Below are positions 15,560 to 28,900 of a stretch of 64,000 bases of DNA, piece after piece. How positions within the stretch are numbered: the first letter of the stretch is position 1; each line of letters begins with the position of its first letter. This DNA is from the human T2T-CHM13v2.0 reference genome, Homo sapiens. The translations under genes and the position numbers were made by a program. The notes under the pieces were generated by a model that was not told where the DNA came from, did no database searches, and saw only the letters and a list, made by a program, of their open reading frames with translations. The stretch is from the NCBI RefSeq assembly GCF_009914755.1, contig NC_060932.1, one strand, 5' to 3'.

Positions 15560-16780
15560 ACATAGATATCTTGATGATAAAGTAAAAGCTTTGAACAAAA
15601 CTTTAACAGCTATGCTTAGAAGCAGAAAATTTGGTAAATCTGAAAAAGCAGGAGAGGTCATTATTCTGAATAAGGCTTATCAGAAAACTATAGGAAATAT
15701 CATGCTTGATGTGAAACAATCCCTTTAATGTCAGGAACAAGATGAAAAGAGCCAATAGTTGATATTGTTCTGAAATGCTAACTGCATGTAATAAAGCAAG
15801 AAAAGTAGTAAATAGTACAGATATAAGAAAGGAAGAAAACACACTGCTATTATTTGCAAATTATATATCTACGCACCTAGGAAATCAATGACAACTAAAT
15901 GGAAGTATTTTAAAGTAAGAAGAAAGTTGAAATGACCTTTGTTTTTTAAGACCAATATAAAAAATGTCATTTTCTGATATCAGGACAACAGAGATAAATA
16001 ATTATAAAATGTAATAAGTAACGGTCAAATTTATACACTAAGAAATAAAAGAGTAAATACCTTGAATATTTGTTAGTTATGTAAACAATTATAAAAATCA
16101 GGCCAAATCATACGTGAAAAGGGGAAATACTGTATTTCTGTTTCAGAAGACTCAAATATCAGACTGATATGGTTTGGCTGTGTCCCCAACCCAGTCTCAT
16201 CTTGAATTGTAACTCCCACAATTCCCACGTGTTATGGGAGGGATCCAGTGGAAGGTAATTGAATTATGGTGGCTAGTCTTTCCCATCCAACTCTCATGAT
16301 AGTGAATAAGTCTCGTGAGATCTGATGGTTTTAAAAGTGGAACCGCTTTCTCTTGGTTCTCTCTTCTCTTCTCTGCTGCCATGTGAGATGTGCCTTTCAC
16401 CTTCTGCCATGATTGTGAGGCCTCCCCAGCCACATGGAACCATGAGTCCATTAAACCTCTTTCTTTTGTAAGTTACCCAGTCTGATGTATGTCTTTATCA
16501 GCAGCATGAAAATGGACTAATACACAGACCAACCCCAAATCTTATTGAAATGTCAACCAAAATTTTAAATGTGCATACTCAACACTTATAAAACTCAACA
16601 TTTGTAAGCTCAACACTTGTAAAACTCAAAAGAATAAAATTTGTATACTTACATACCAGGACATTCAAGTATTGTTTGTATTACCAAAAGATTGAAAAAT
16701 AACTGGAAATGACACAAATAACATCAACAAGAAAATGGCAAAGATTGATTTTCACTCTTTAAATCATTGGTTAATGTATT
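15560..16780 (+). mobile_element. Ancient L1 (L1M) ORF2/3' fragments, interrupted by a THE1 LTR
   Basis: A-rich; gcaagaaaa...ctattatttgcaaattat resembles the RT RQEK...LFADD-coding region. Confidence 0.5.
16165..16524 (+). mobile_element. THE1B-like MaLR solo LTR
   Basis: tgatatggtttggctgtgtcccc...ggactaataca; perfect 5-bp TSD CAGAC (16160-16164, 16525-16529). Confidence 0.95.
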
Positions 16781-16809
16781 GTTGGTATGTATGCAGTAAA
16801 TGACTAACT

Positions 16810-17594
16810 CAGTAACTGTTTGTTGTCCCTGCCTATCTCAAAGAAAGGTATGACACTTGTTCCTCACTCCTGAAAGGAAATCTCTAAATCCCTGGAATAT
16901 CCTGTTTCTGAAGAATGTCTTTGTTTTCATAGAGACTTTGGGCCATGACAGAAAGGGCTTGGAACACTTGACATCAGCTTGACCTACCTTGGAGCTTCCC
17001 TGGTTTGGAATATAGTCTCGCACCACATAACAACGTTTTAGTCAAAGAGACTGCATAAACAACTGTGCCCATATTTTTACTGTACCATTTCTACATTTAC
17101 ATCTGTTTATATACACAGATGTTTACCATTGTGTTGCAATTGCCTACAGTATTCAATAAAGAAACATACAGTTTTGTAGCCTAGGAGCAATAGGCTACAC
17201 CATGAGCCTAGGTGGGTAGTAGGCTATGCTATCTGTTTGTGTAAGTACACTCTATAATGGTTTCACAAGAATGAAATTACCTAACACACACACTTTTCAG
17301 AATGTATCCCTGTTGTCAAGCAACATATGGCTGTACTTTGTGCATGTTGCCATGCATCATTGCTGGTAGAAATAAGCGCTATCCCTTCAAATCCACTGGG
17401 AGAGGACAACCTAAAGCTTGTTCCTGGTATCTCCTAGACATTGCCATGTGTGTATTTTTCCTATTCTTATTTTAATCTACATTGTTACACCATAATAAAC
17501 AGTAAACATGAGTCTAATGGCTTTCCTTAGTTCTGAGAATCTTGCTAATGAATCATTGAACGTAGGGGTGGTCTTTGGGACTTCCCAAACTACA
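16810..17594 (+). mobile_element. MER21-like LTR interrupted by Tigger3a
   Basis: ctctaaatccctggaatatcctg...aataaacagtaaacatgag...ggggtggtctttggga motifs on both sides of the Tigger insertion. Confidence 0.65.
17013..17333 (+). mobile_element. Tigger3a (Golem) DNA transposon relic
   Basis: caccacataacaacgttttagtcaa...tagcctaggagcaataggcta...aagcaacatatggctg, flanked by TA. Confidence 0.8.
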
Positions 17595-17647
17595 GCATGA
17601 TTTTACACTGAGGCGGTTTTTATGTCATACTTTTAAAATGTTTTAAA

Positions 17648-17680
<33 letters not shown>

Positions 17681-20600
17681 GAAAGAGAGAGGATTTCAAC
17701 AAAAGGATCAGCCTCTTGTCAAATCATTGTTTCCAGGTTGCTTTTAAATTATTTTTACATTTGAAAATTTACATGTGACAAATTTTCTACAAACATATAT
17801 ATTTATCTGGTTTCAGTGCCGCATGCCACGACCATTTCTGTGGCACCACAATTTTTGAGGCAGCATAGCAGAGTGAGTGAGGTCATAAAGCCATATATTG
17901 CCTAAAGTTGATCCTGGCTCTTAACATGAATTTAGTCTATTATGTAACTTAACTCTACCTTGATTTCTTTATTTATAAAGCAGAGATAATTCTAGAGTTT
18001 TGTTATTATTGTTAAGGTTCCATTAATTTGTACGTAAGAAGTCAGATCAATGTCTTTAGTTTAGTATTATCAATAAAAACTTTTTTGCTTTAATTTTAAA
18101 ATTTTATCCTTAAATAATTTTGGTTTGTTTCAGCATACATTTTCATCCAAAAATGTTGAGTATGCATACTAAGTTATTTTTATGCTAATTAGCAGTAAAA
18201 TTGGCTATGTATAACATTTTCAGTTGATGACATTTGTTTTAATTTTATAATATTTCTTCATTGCTCCAGGAATTTAATGTAGCACAAGAAAAAATTAAAA
18301 TGACTTTAATTTTTATTTCTTCATAGTTAGCATTTTTTTCTGTTTGGATGCTTATAGGCTCTGGACTTTATTTTTAATTTAGGGTTATTTTTATAATTCA
18401 AATTTTTGTAAAACAAGTTTTTACTGTATTGCTTTGGATTCTTTCTAGTTATTCCCATAATTTGAATCTCCATATCAATCACTGTCTCTCTCATTATTTT
18501 TATTTTATATCCTTTCTTTCAAATTTGAAAAATATTTTCTAGTTTGTCACTTCATGAGTGATCTTTCCCCCAGGATTAATAATATTCAATAAATGCTCTA
18601 ATGTTGATTTTTGGTTATTATGTTAATTTTGTTATTTTACAAATATTTTCATCTTCTTCACCTCCATTTTTATCTTAGCCACAGACTTGGAAATTCATTC
18701 TGCTCTCTATTCTTCTTAGCTTATACTTTGGTTTTTGCTTCTGTTTGACAGAGGCTATGTATGCCATGAAAATCTTCAGGATAAGCCTTTAATTTCACTC
18801 TATAAGCTTCTGTCATAGGCCTCATTATTGTGTCTATTTTTCCTCTAGCTAGAGGGGATTTGTTCAGATAGGGTGTTCACTAATAAGCATAATGTGACTC
18901 TCCATTTACACCACTCTAGATTTACTTAGACATAGGTAAAAATATTCTTGTGAGGTCTACACACAGAAGGCAAGTTTAGATGACCACCAACCATTTTTGC
19001 AGTTTCTGCGGGCATGTCTTTAGTACCACTTATGCCTCATGACCAGAACTCTCCCTTTGCACTCCAGAACACCCAGACATCCAAAGCCTACATATATAGA
19101 ATTTTATATTTGAAGCCAGATGCTGTGACTCACAGTCAGTTTCTCATCTCAGGTTCTGTTGTTTCTTAGTTATTCATGTGACCTATAAAATGAAGTGCTA
19201 ATGGAATTTGGATCAGGAAAACCTACTTTGGGTTTTTCTTCAAGCAGTGTTTACACAATAGATGTCTGACTACTTAGAACTGTCTTGCTGGAGGAATCTC
19301 CGACCAGCATAAAACAAACACAACTTCGCTCTACTTACTTTCAGAGCCATATATTTGGGTTTTCCTGCATTTCAGGTGCTAAAACATACATGCATCATCA
19401 ATCTCAGGAGTCCATTCAGCACCAGGGGTTTTGTAGACAGTGGAAAACCATCTCATATGTTGCCAACCTATTGACTAAAAAACCTAATGATCAGTACTAT
19501 TAAATGTTCTCTTCTGAGATAGGTTAGCTGATAGTTGGTTCAGGCTAAGAAAAGAATTTCTAAGAAGTTACCATTTTAGAAGTCTTCTTTCAACTGTTTC
19601 TAATGCAATAGAAAATATATATTTACGCACAATAAATAAGGTAAATAATAGATTATCATTAAAGCCTGAAATATAGTAACATAATTAAGCCTTAAAGCAA
19701 TAGAAAAAGAGCCAAGGAAGTTATCATTCCTTTATAGGCTGTAATTGAATCAAGCACACTTAATGATAACAAAATTATATGGGGTTCTACATTTATAACC
19801 TCTTTGCCTCTTTTATTGCCAAGGAATGCTCAAAGGAAGAGAGGAGGCAGAAGGAGTTTGAACTAATTAGAGGACATACTAATTACTGTGTTGATGTTTC
19901 AGCACAACTAGCTCACTAATCAATAACAGAGTCCAAGTGAATGTCTACAGTTTAATGTTGCTTTAAATATCTCAGTGAATTTTCAAAGGCACATTTAGTA
20001 TCCTTGTAGCTTGCCTATGACCTTGTTAATTTGCAGCAAAGCATCTCAAATACAATTATTTAAAAGTTTTCACCATTAAAAAGTAGGTTTATAAAGATCT
20101 GGGACTTTGTAACACACAGGCTGTTTTTATCTGCTGGCCTTGACACTTTATTTCATGGCTGTTTGATGACCCTTGGCATTGATACAACAGCATTTGGTTT
20201 TGTTTTTCTTTCTGGGGAAGTGTCTGGTATTGACCTCAATCTCTTGCTTTTATTGCCTAGTAACTGGTATATTCCTATATCTCTCTTTAGATAAGCATAT
20301 ACCAATTAACCTCAAGTATCCTAATTCAAAGCTGATACTTTTCATAAGCTATGAACTCTGAGTGCTTTGAATTGACCTGAAGGCTGACATTAGAACTTGT
20401 ACAGACCAATACATGTCTTCCCTAGTTTTGAGTTATAATTCAGTGTTTTGGAAGAGAATTTGTAAAATTTCCCTGTATGGGACTAAAAAAGACAAGACAA
20501 TATGCCTCACCTCCAACCCTCACCACACAATCAATTTCCCCTCCATCTTCAGAAAAAGAGCAAATTAAGATGTGAAACTGTATCATGTAGCAGGTCTTAG

Positions 20601-21109
20601 AATACAGACTCTGAGGCCAGGCAACTTCAGTCATAATACTAGTTCACGTACTTATGAAGGAGTAATATTGTATAAGATATTAAAACTTGTAGCAGTTCAA
20701 TAGAACAAACTTCATAAGATAGTTGCAAGGATTATGTAACTTTATGAAAACAATTATGCCTGCAAAAATTTTGTAAGAATTTGTTTCCTTTAAAAACACT
20801 GCCTGCTTGATATTTTCATATAAGTAATATGGATTGAAGAAGGATATGCCCCCTGAACTGTTTCAAATAACGTAGTAAATTAAGTCTTACTGGATGTTGT
20901 CTGTTCACTTGTTTTTGGTAAAAGAAGATTGATAAAATAAGCCAGAATATTTACACCATGTGAAGCAGCTGTCAAGTGGTTAGCATAAACCAATGATTCT
21001 CTTTGCCTTCTCTGTAACATAAACAAACAAACATACATTTACAGTCTTTTAAAAAATTAATGTTTCAACTAGGGAGCTGAAATTAGTGTGAATGATACTA
21101 ATTGGTTAT

Positions 21110-21490
21110 TAATTTATTTATTTCTAAGTATTTATTGAGTGTTGATACTACAAGTGGCAAGCATCATTCTAGGCACTAGGAATACAATAATGTGCAAAGC
21201 TAACAATTATCCTTGCCCTATAGAACTTACATTCTAGTGGCAGGAGACAGACAATTAATACAATATTTAAATTATAACCTATAAACGTTTGTGAGTAAAT
21301 GCAGATGCACACGTGTTAGAAGGTAATAAGCTATATAGTTAAAATTTTTAAAGTAAAACATAAAGTTTAAAAGTAGAACAGTGTAAGGAGGTAAAGGATG
21401 TAGGAAAGCTGGTAGTGAGGTTGCAATTTAAATAAGATAATGAGGTCATCACTGAGAAGGTAAAATTTGAGAAAAGACTTGAAAGAATGT
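21110..21490 (-). mobile_element. L2 3' end fragment
   Basis: tatttattgagt...ttctaggcactaggaataca...cttacattctagtgg motif. Further L2-like pieces at ~400-620, 1140-1900, 2900-3240 and 40130-40450. Confidence 0.7.
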
Positions 21491-23287
21491 TTATAATGCC
21501 ATTTTGGATAATGAATAAAATGACAAGTTGGGGGGATGGTTTAAACAATTCATGATCCAGAAATGTTGCCTAATTACTTGAGTAGTTCAAGCCTAGAAAA
21601 ATAAATAAACTTTGATTTTGACAAGGACCTAAAACATGAAATAAATATTGATAATAAAGCATCAGGGAAAGGTTGTGGTTTTACCTATTCTAAGTAGCAG
21701 AGTTTTGACTAAAATTGTCTTATAGAGCAATTTCAAGTCTGGTTTCTAACGTTTGTCTATCCATCATTCTATGTGGAAAGATTATTTTATTTGAGGCCAT
21801 TTAGAATTATCAAAAAGGTGAATTGAAATAGGAACTATACACATTTTTGGAGAGCCAACTTAGGTGCATATTTTTATCTATACAATAATGCAGGGCCTAT
21901 AGCTGAGGCTAGGACATGAATACTAGACTGAACTGAGGAAACAGGTCCTAATTATGGGTCTATTTCTTCTGCTGATTGTCTTTATGATTTCATGTCTTAG
22001 TTAGATTGGTCTGTTGTGTTTACCAAAGCCCTTATTATCACTCACCAATCAAGAGCTTGAACAAATTTCCCTATGAGTGAGTTTTATTAATAGATTGCTG
22101 TATAAGTTGTTCCCCACACTAGAGTCTACAACAAGCTAAATGCCTGCTTCTTCACTCACCCATGAATGGATAAGTTCTGCTCCAGTCATTTCTATGAATT
22201 AGGACTGCTGAATCTTGCCTCCTTGGTGGAGCCAGGAGAGCATGACAACTTCGTACTAAAGTCAGACACAATTTTGACAGCTGCCTCTAATACATAAACA
22301 TCTGGGTAAACTTGGGCAAATTCTTTAACTTGTTTATGTCCAATTTTTCCTTATATGAAAATGGAAACAATAAAAATATCGACCTCAAAGCATTATAATG
22401 AGAATTAAATAAAATTGAACACAAAAATCAGGGCCGTGTCCAATAGATATTTAAAGATTTATAAGCATCTCTCTTAATGAGTTTTGCTAAATTCTTTTCC
22501 AGACACTCAAGTAAAACCCATGCAGGGGAAATTCGATCTAGATGTCTCTAGTATTGAATCTAATCCCCTGGGATAGTACTGTATAGTCTCAATTGTAAGC
22601 ATCTCCCTTTTGGGAATTACAGAAATCTTGAGACTTTCCTAGTATCCAGTCTATAACTATTCCCAAGAGACAAAAGTACTGAATAACCCTGCTCAAAATG
22701 ACTGGATGGAACAGAACCAAGAAATGTCACTTCAAAATTGGTAGTGAAATTAAATAAAGGGAATTAGGCAAAATAAGTTTTTTCCTATATCAAGGATGTA
22801 TTGTGTTGTCATTCTCAAAGAAGAAAATGTTGTTAGATGATGAGACTGATCTCAAGTATATGAATAATTATTAAATAGGAAATATTTAGCAGCAGGTTTT
22901 TTAAACAAAAAGTAAAATAAGAAGAAATAGGTTTAGCTGGTAGCATCAGAAGAAGTCATTGAAAGAAAGATGATATCTCACACATTGCAAATCTTCAAGA
23001 TACTGATTGTCTCATTATCTGGGGTAGTTTAGGTAAATCCCTGCTGCTGATGGAAGAACAAGTTACATAACCCATCTACCGAGTTCTCACTGCTTCTATG
23101 ATTCCTCAACTGCACTTTTAGAGCCAGCATGTAAAAGTAACAAGAGAGGACATCAAAGTTTCTCCTGGAAATAGACAATTTCCTGACATCTACAACATTT
23201 ATATATATAAATAGATATATATAAATGTGTATATATATTTTTTTATTTTTTAAAATTCCTGTCCTAGGAACAGCAGCAGAAGACAAA

Positions 23288-23600
23288 CAGGCCCAGGCAC
23301 TGTTGTAACCTGGCTGGGTGTGTGCACACTGGGGGCAGCACTGACATGCTAGCCCCCTGCCATCTCAGCCCCCTCCAGACTTTGGGCACTGAGGAGCACA
23401 GGAGAGAGGCCAAGGTGGGGTTGAGGGTAGCTTGGCACTAGGCTGCAGATGCCCCTTGGCACAAACAGCCTGGGTTTCAGGAACAGCAGCAGAAGACAAA
23501 CAGGATCACAGATGGAAAGGGGTGGGTCCCCAGTGCAGCCCCATCTCCAAGGTGGGGAAGGCCTGAAGCCTGGTGGCCAGGCTACTAGTCCTGTCAACCA
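23288..23600 (+). repeat. 313-bp direct copy of MER52 LTR segment 25240-25552
   Basis: Gap-free manual alignment with 16 mismatches (~95% identity); offset 1952 bp. Confidence 0.95.
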
Positions 23601-24956
23601 TATATATATATATACCTCCACAAGGTAGCTGATTTTTGAAAAACATTATATATTCAATTTACATTTTGCTCTCTAAAAGTTTAAGTGCACATTACTCATT
23701 ATTAGTGAATAAAAATTTACAAAGAAGTCAATTTGCTAGCCTACCTTCACCTTTGGGAATAAGAAATATTTTTTCAGATGTTAATACATTACAGTAACAG
23801 CTATAATGCAATGTAGTATTGAGTAGTTTGACTTCTTATAAAGAGCAGTGTACTTTTTTTTTATTTTAAAATAGCAATAACTTCTATTTTCTTAGAAAAT
23901 CTTCCTTGTCAGTAGTAATAAACCACAGCCACCTCTAAGTTATTAAGTGTAATTGTCTGCACTGTGGAGCACTTGACCTGGTGTTTCTTCCACTCACTCC
24001 TCAAGATAACTTTCATTTTGGCAATTTCACTACTCATCCAGAACTACCCCAGTAGGTGAGCAGAGAAATAAAAAAGAGATATAAGATCCATCAGCTAATT
24101 GTCTCCTTTTTAATAGCTTAGGAACAGTTTGATGGAGCTTGAATATAGTTGGTAAAATAAGGTTTGAGAATTATCCGTGATTGACATAACACTTTCTGTA
24201 GTCAGATGAATTACAATGCATGATCAAGGTTTAATTGAACTAAACTATAATTAGGTTTCTGCTTTGTATGAGGATTCTATGTATCCCAGATCATTTTTGT
24301 CATGAATTTTTAAAAATTCTGATACCCTCCAAATATTTTCATTTTACCTTTTCCTTTTAGGCATTCAAAAGTTGTCCCCACGTGACTTATTTAAATAATC
24401 AAACATAAAAGAAATAAATAATATCAGGATTGATACTTATCTTCTGTCTTCATTGACAATAGCCAAGAGCATATTCTGTTTTGCTGCTTCTTGATTTGGA
24501 GTAAATCAAAACTTTGCCCAGGGAATATTTGTCTTTCCCTCAAACTGATACACTTCACTTTAAATAATTAGCTAACACTGAACTTAAATTTGCTTTCTTA
24601 TAGGTCCACCTCCTTGCCACTTCATAATGCCTCTAAACTACCTACCATGAAGGATTATCTCCTCTAAGAATACAAATATTTGTAGTCAGTCACCATAGCC
24701 TCCTGAGTTGTTTTTTCAGAAAACTATCCATATTCAGTTATTTTAATATTTTTCCAAAGTCAGTCCCTCCAACCACTACATTTGTATTGCTCTTTTTAAA
24801 ATTCATGTCCTAGTTTTTATTGTATGTTTTCAAGGTTAAGAAGTCAATGAAATATTTTAAGCTATCTCTCTGGAGCTGTGCAAAAAAGATTGATGACCTT
24901 CCAGTTCATTCCAGAAGTGGTGGCTCCCCACAATTTCTTATCAGTTTATATAATAA

Positions 24957-26434
24957 TGATAGCAGCCATGGCCAGACTCTAGTGGTGACTGTGATGATGC
25001 CAGCTGTAGTGAGGGAGGTGCAGCCCACGCTGCACACTTCAGGAAACCAGCAGGACCTGAGAACAAGTGGAAGCCTCATTCCCTTCTGAGTTGGCAGGGT
25101 GGGAGCCTCTCTCTCTTCGGGTGTAGCTATAGCTGCCCAGCAGTGGCTGCAAACGCAAGCATCCCTGTGCTCTTGGGGGCAAGCAGCAGGAAGGAGCCTT
25201 GCTCTCACAGGAACAGCTGCAGCCACCCAAGCCGTGCTGCAGGCCCAGGCACTGTTGTAACCTGGCTGGGTGTGCGCACACTCGGGGCAGCACTGACACG
25301 CTATCACCCTGCCATCTCAGCCCCCTCCAGACTTTGAGCACTGAGGAGCACAGGAGAGAGGCCAAGGTGGGGTTGAGGGTAGCTTGGCACTGGGCTGCAG
25401 ATGCCCCTTGGCACAAACAGCCTGGGTTTCAGGAACAGCAGCAGAAGAAAAACAGGCTCACGGGTGGAAAGGGGTGGGTCCCCAGTGCAGCCCCATCTCT
25501 AAGCTGGGGAAGTCCTGAAGCCTGGTGGCTAGGCTACCAGTCCTGTCAACCACCTATAGCTGCCCATGGACCAATCAGCATGCACTTCCTCTTCTCTGAA
25601 GCCCATAAAAACCCTGGACTCAGCCAGGCTCAAAAAGAGATGATGGGACAATCAGCTGCAGAGAGGAGCTGACAAGCTGTGGAGAGGAGCTACCCACCCC
25701 AGGGTCTCCTCTCTACTGAAAGCTGAAAAGACATTGGGACATCCAGCTGTGGAAAGGAGCTACCGACCACAGAGTCTCCTCTCTGCTGAGAACTGAACAC
25801 TCATCAGGACACCTTGGCTGCAGAGAGCACCTACCCATTGTGGGTCTTGTCCGAGCTGTTCTATTGCTCAATAAAGCTCCTCTTCACCTTGCTCACCCTC
25901 CACTTCTCCATGTATCTCATTCTTCCTGGGCATGGAATAAGAACTCAGGACATGCCAAATGTCAGGGCTGAAAGAACTGTAAAACAAATGGGGCTGAAAC
26001 ACACCCCTTGCTCACCACATTGCAGGTGACATGAAGGAGAAAAGAGCTGTGGCCCTTCAGGGACCCCAGACCTAGGAGCTCCCTGGGTCAGGGCTGTGAC
26101 AACCTCTCTGGGGCTCTGCAGCTTCTGGTGTCTCCAAGCTTCCAGGTGCCATCATGTTCCCCAGTGCCAGCCCTGGAAGCTGCTTATGGTACATCTGGTC
26201 TAGCTGCAACCTCGCAGCATGACTGGCTGTGCGTGGTGTCCAGACCTCACTCTCACTTGCTCACACACCCCTTGCTGCTTTGCTCCCAGGCATAGGATCC
26301 AGGCCAGTAGTGTGAGCCAAGCACAGCCTGATAGGCCAAGTGGGCCCAGTGGGCCCAAGCAAAACTTGGGCAAAGGCTCCATTGGCCAAAGAAGTTTCCA
26401 GCTGAACAAGCTACACTCCAGGGATCCCATAACA
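24957..26434 (+). mobile_element. MER52-family ERV1 solo LTR
   Basis: TG...CA termini (tgatagcagc / gatcccataaca), GC-rich U3, cccataaaa TATA-like box ~25603, AATAAA 25870-25875, 4-bp TSD with one mismatch (ataa/aaaa). Confidence 0.85.
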
Positions 26435-26767
26435 AAAATGTACCAATAATTCAATAGAATCTCATTCTAGATGAAAAAACAAAGAGAGAGTGGGAACAAA
26501 GGCAATTCATTCCATAACAGTCATTGAGAGCTCATTTTTTCTCCCAAAGGACTGGAAATGTGAGGAATGATCTGATCTATTGGGAAATAGCCCTGAAAGA
26601 AAATTTCTGTGGGATTTCTGAAATGCTTTCAAGACTTTTGTCTAAAATTACTAATATCATTCAATTTGTTCTCAAAAATGAAAAGTGATCTCCAGTCTTT
26701 TCTTCAACCCAACCTAAAAATAAGGAAGTAATAAACATGACTGCTTTAGATAACTTGTGTTTCATTC

Positions 26768-26933
26768 TTTTTTTTTTAAGAGACAAGGTCTCTCACTCTC
26801 TGCTGCCTGGGCTGAAGTTTAGTGGATGATTATAATTCACAGCAACCTTGAACTTCTGGGTTCAAGTGATCCTCTGGTAAGGTGAGCTCCTGAGAAGCTA
26901 GGACTAAAGAAATTTGCCACCATGCCTGGCTAA
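26768..26933 (-). mobile_element. Old Alu right-arm monomer (FRAM/AluJ fragment)
   Basis: Poly(T) then agagacaaggtctc...catgcctggctaat; highly diverged. Confidence 0.8.
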
Positions 26934-28602
26934 TCTAGATAATTTCTAAAGATACAATTTACATAATACAGTTGTGACTGGAGTTAGCTAGTTCATTTTA
27001 AAATATATTGGTATCAATGAAGTCTACTATGGGTGCAGCACTTCTTCCCTATGCCCTGCCTCCCACACCAGCACTCCCTTTCTCCAACCAAACTCCCACA
27101 CACAGACAAACCCTTAGATAACAATCTCTAAACAAACTCCCCTGAGTAAGTGCCTTTGTAAGAGATGCTTTTTATTCATCTATTCATTCTTGTATCCTTT
27201 GAACCCAAATAGGTATGTAAATACAGGTTGTTGATTCAATTAATTGTTTACTGAGTGAAAATAAGATAAATGAGACTGCGTGCATGATCAAGGCTAAAAC
27301 AAACGCTAGGAAAAGAAATCAGAAAATATTTTTAAAAATCAATACCCATGTTCAAAGCCAGAGTCTAGAAATCACATTTCTAATTGTCTTCTTGATTTTT
27401 CTTTTATTCTGGAAAAGATTAAAACACAACTTTTTATATGTATTTAATCCTCTGTTTTCCACCCATTTCATTTAACCTCTGAAATATAGATATCTTGCTT
27501 ATTCAAAACAGCACACAAAAAGTTAGTTACTGGAAAAAACTATTCTAGTAAGTGTCATTACCCTAAGTAGCACCTAGATCTTTTCACTTATTATAAACAC
27601 TCTGATAAACCATGCATATGGGGAAAACCCATAGGCTCAAAATAGAATACAGCATACTATTAAAACTTGCAGAAGCTTTATTTAAAAAATAAAAATAAAA
27701 AATCAGCTAGATTGGAGGTGACTAAATGACCCATCTGATTAGTGATTTCCCTAAAACAATGTACAGTGGATTTTGCAGAATAAAATGAATTTATCTTGCA
27801 AAACACTCAGACATGAAGTTCATATGTTTTCAGTGATGTAATAATAAAAAAAAGTATTCTTTTGATCTCTCTGTGATTTTTCTCATTGCAAAACATAAAG
27901 AAGGCTAAAATTAACTCTTGTTAAAGCTTATGTGATGATGTATCCTGATCTCATTTATGAATATATACTTTTTGAAATTTTGGACATCGATTTCCAAACT
28001 ATACCAGATAATGAGTTTTTTATATGATTTTCTAATTTTCCTATGAATAATAAATACTTTTCCTGGAAATTAGATAGATAAAGCTCTATTATTTTACTTC
28101 AATGCTCTTCAATGCTTTTCAGTGACCTTCTATCTCTCATCTCTTGTCTTTGTCAACGATTTCTCCTTTTCTGATACTAAGAAGCTTATTTGGTCCTTTG
28201 ATTCTTTTCTCCTTTTTTTTCAGGTATAATTTGCAGCATGCATTTCACACTTACTAAAATTCTCTATCTTTTATGATAGAAAGCAACATAATTTTAATAT
28301 TATTCCTTAATGTTTGACCCAGAAAAGCCCCTCTGCTTATGACAAATATTGGTTAATAATTTCCCTATCAGTTCTAGACTCTTATTGAATCAAAACTGAA
28401 GCAACTGCAGAAATCTTTTGGCTTCTATTGTTCTTGATTCCTAAACTAACACGTGCTGGCCCTAAGCTATAACAGGCTGAATGTGACCATAGTGGCCAGA
28501 GGTAAGAAGCTGAATTTATATCTGCTGCAGAGTCTTTTGATGACTGTACATAAATTTCATTAGAAAAACCAATATAATGTTGACTAGTAAAACTAATGAT
28601 AT

Positions 28603-28900
<298 letters not shown>

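Noticed and set aside
24820-26454. Several overlapping 60-157-aa ORFs
   Set aside because: They lie in the GC-rich MER52 LTR and show no gag/pol/env similarity.
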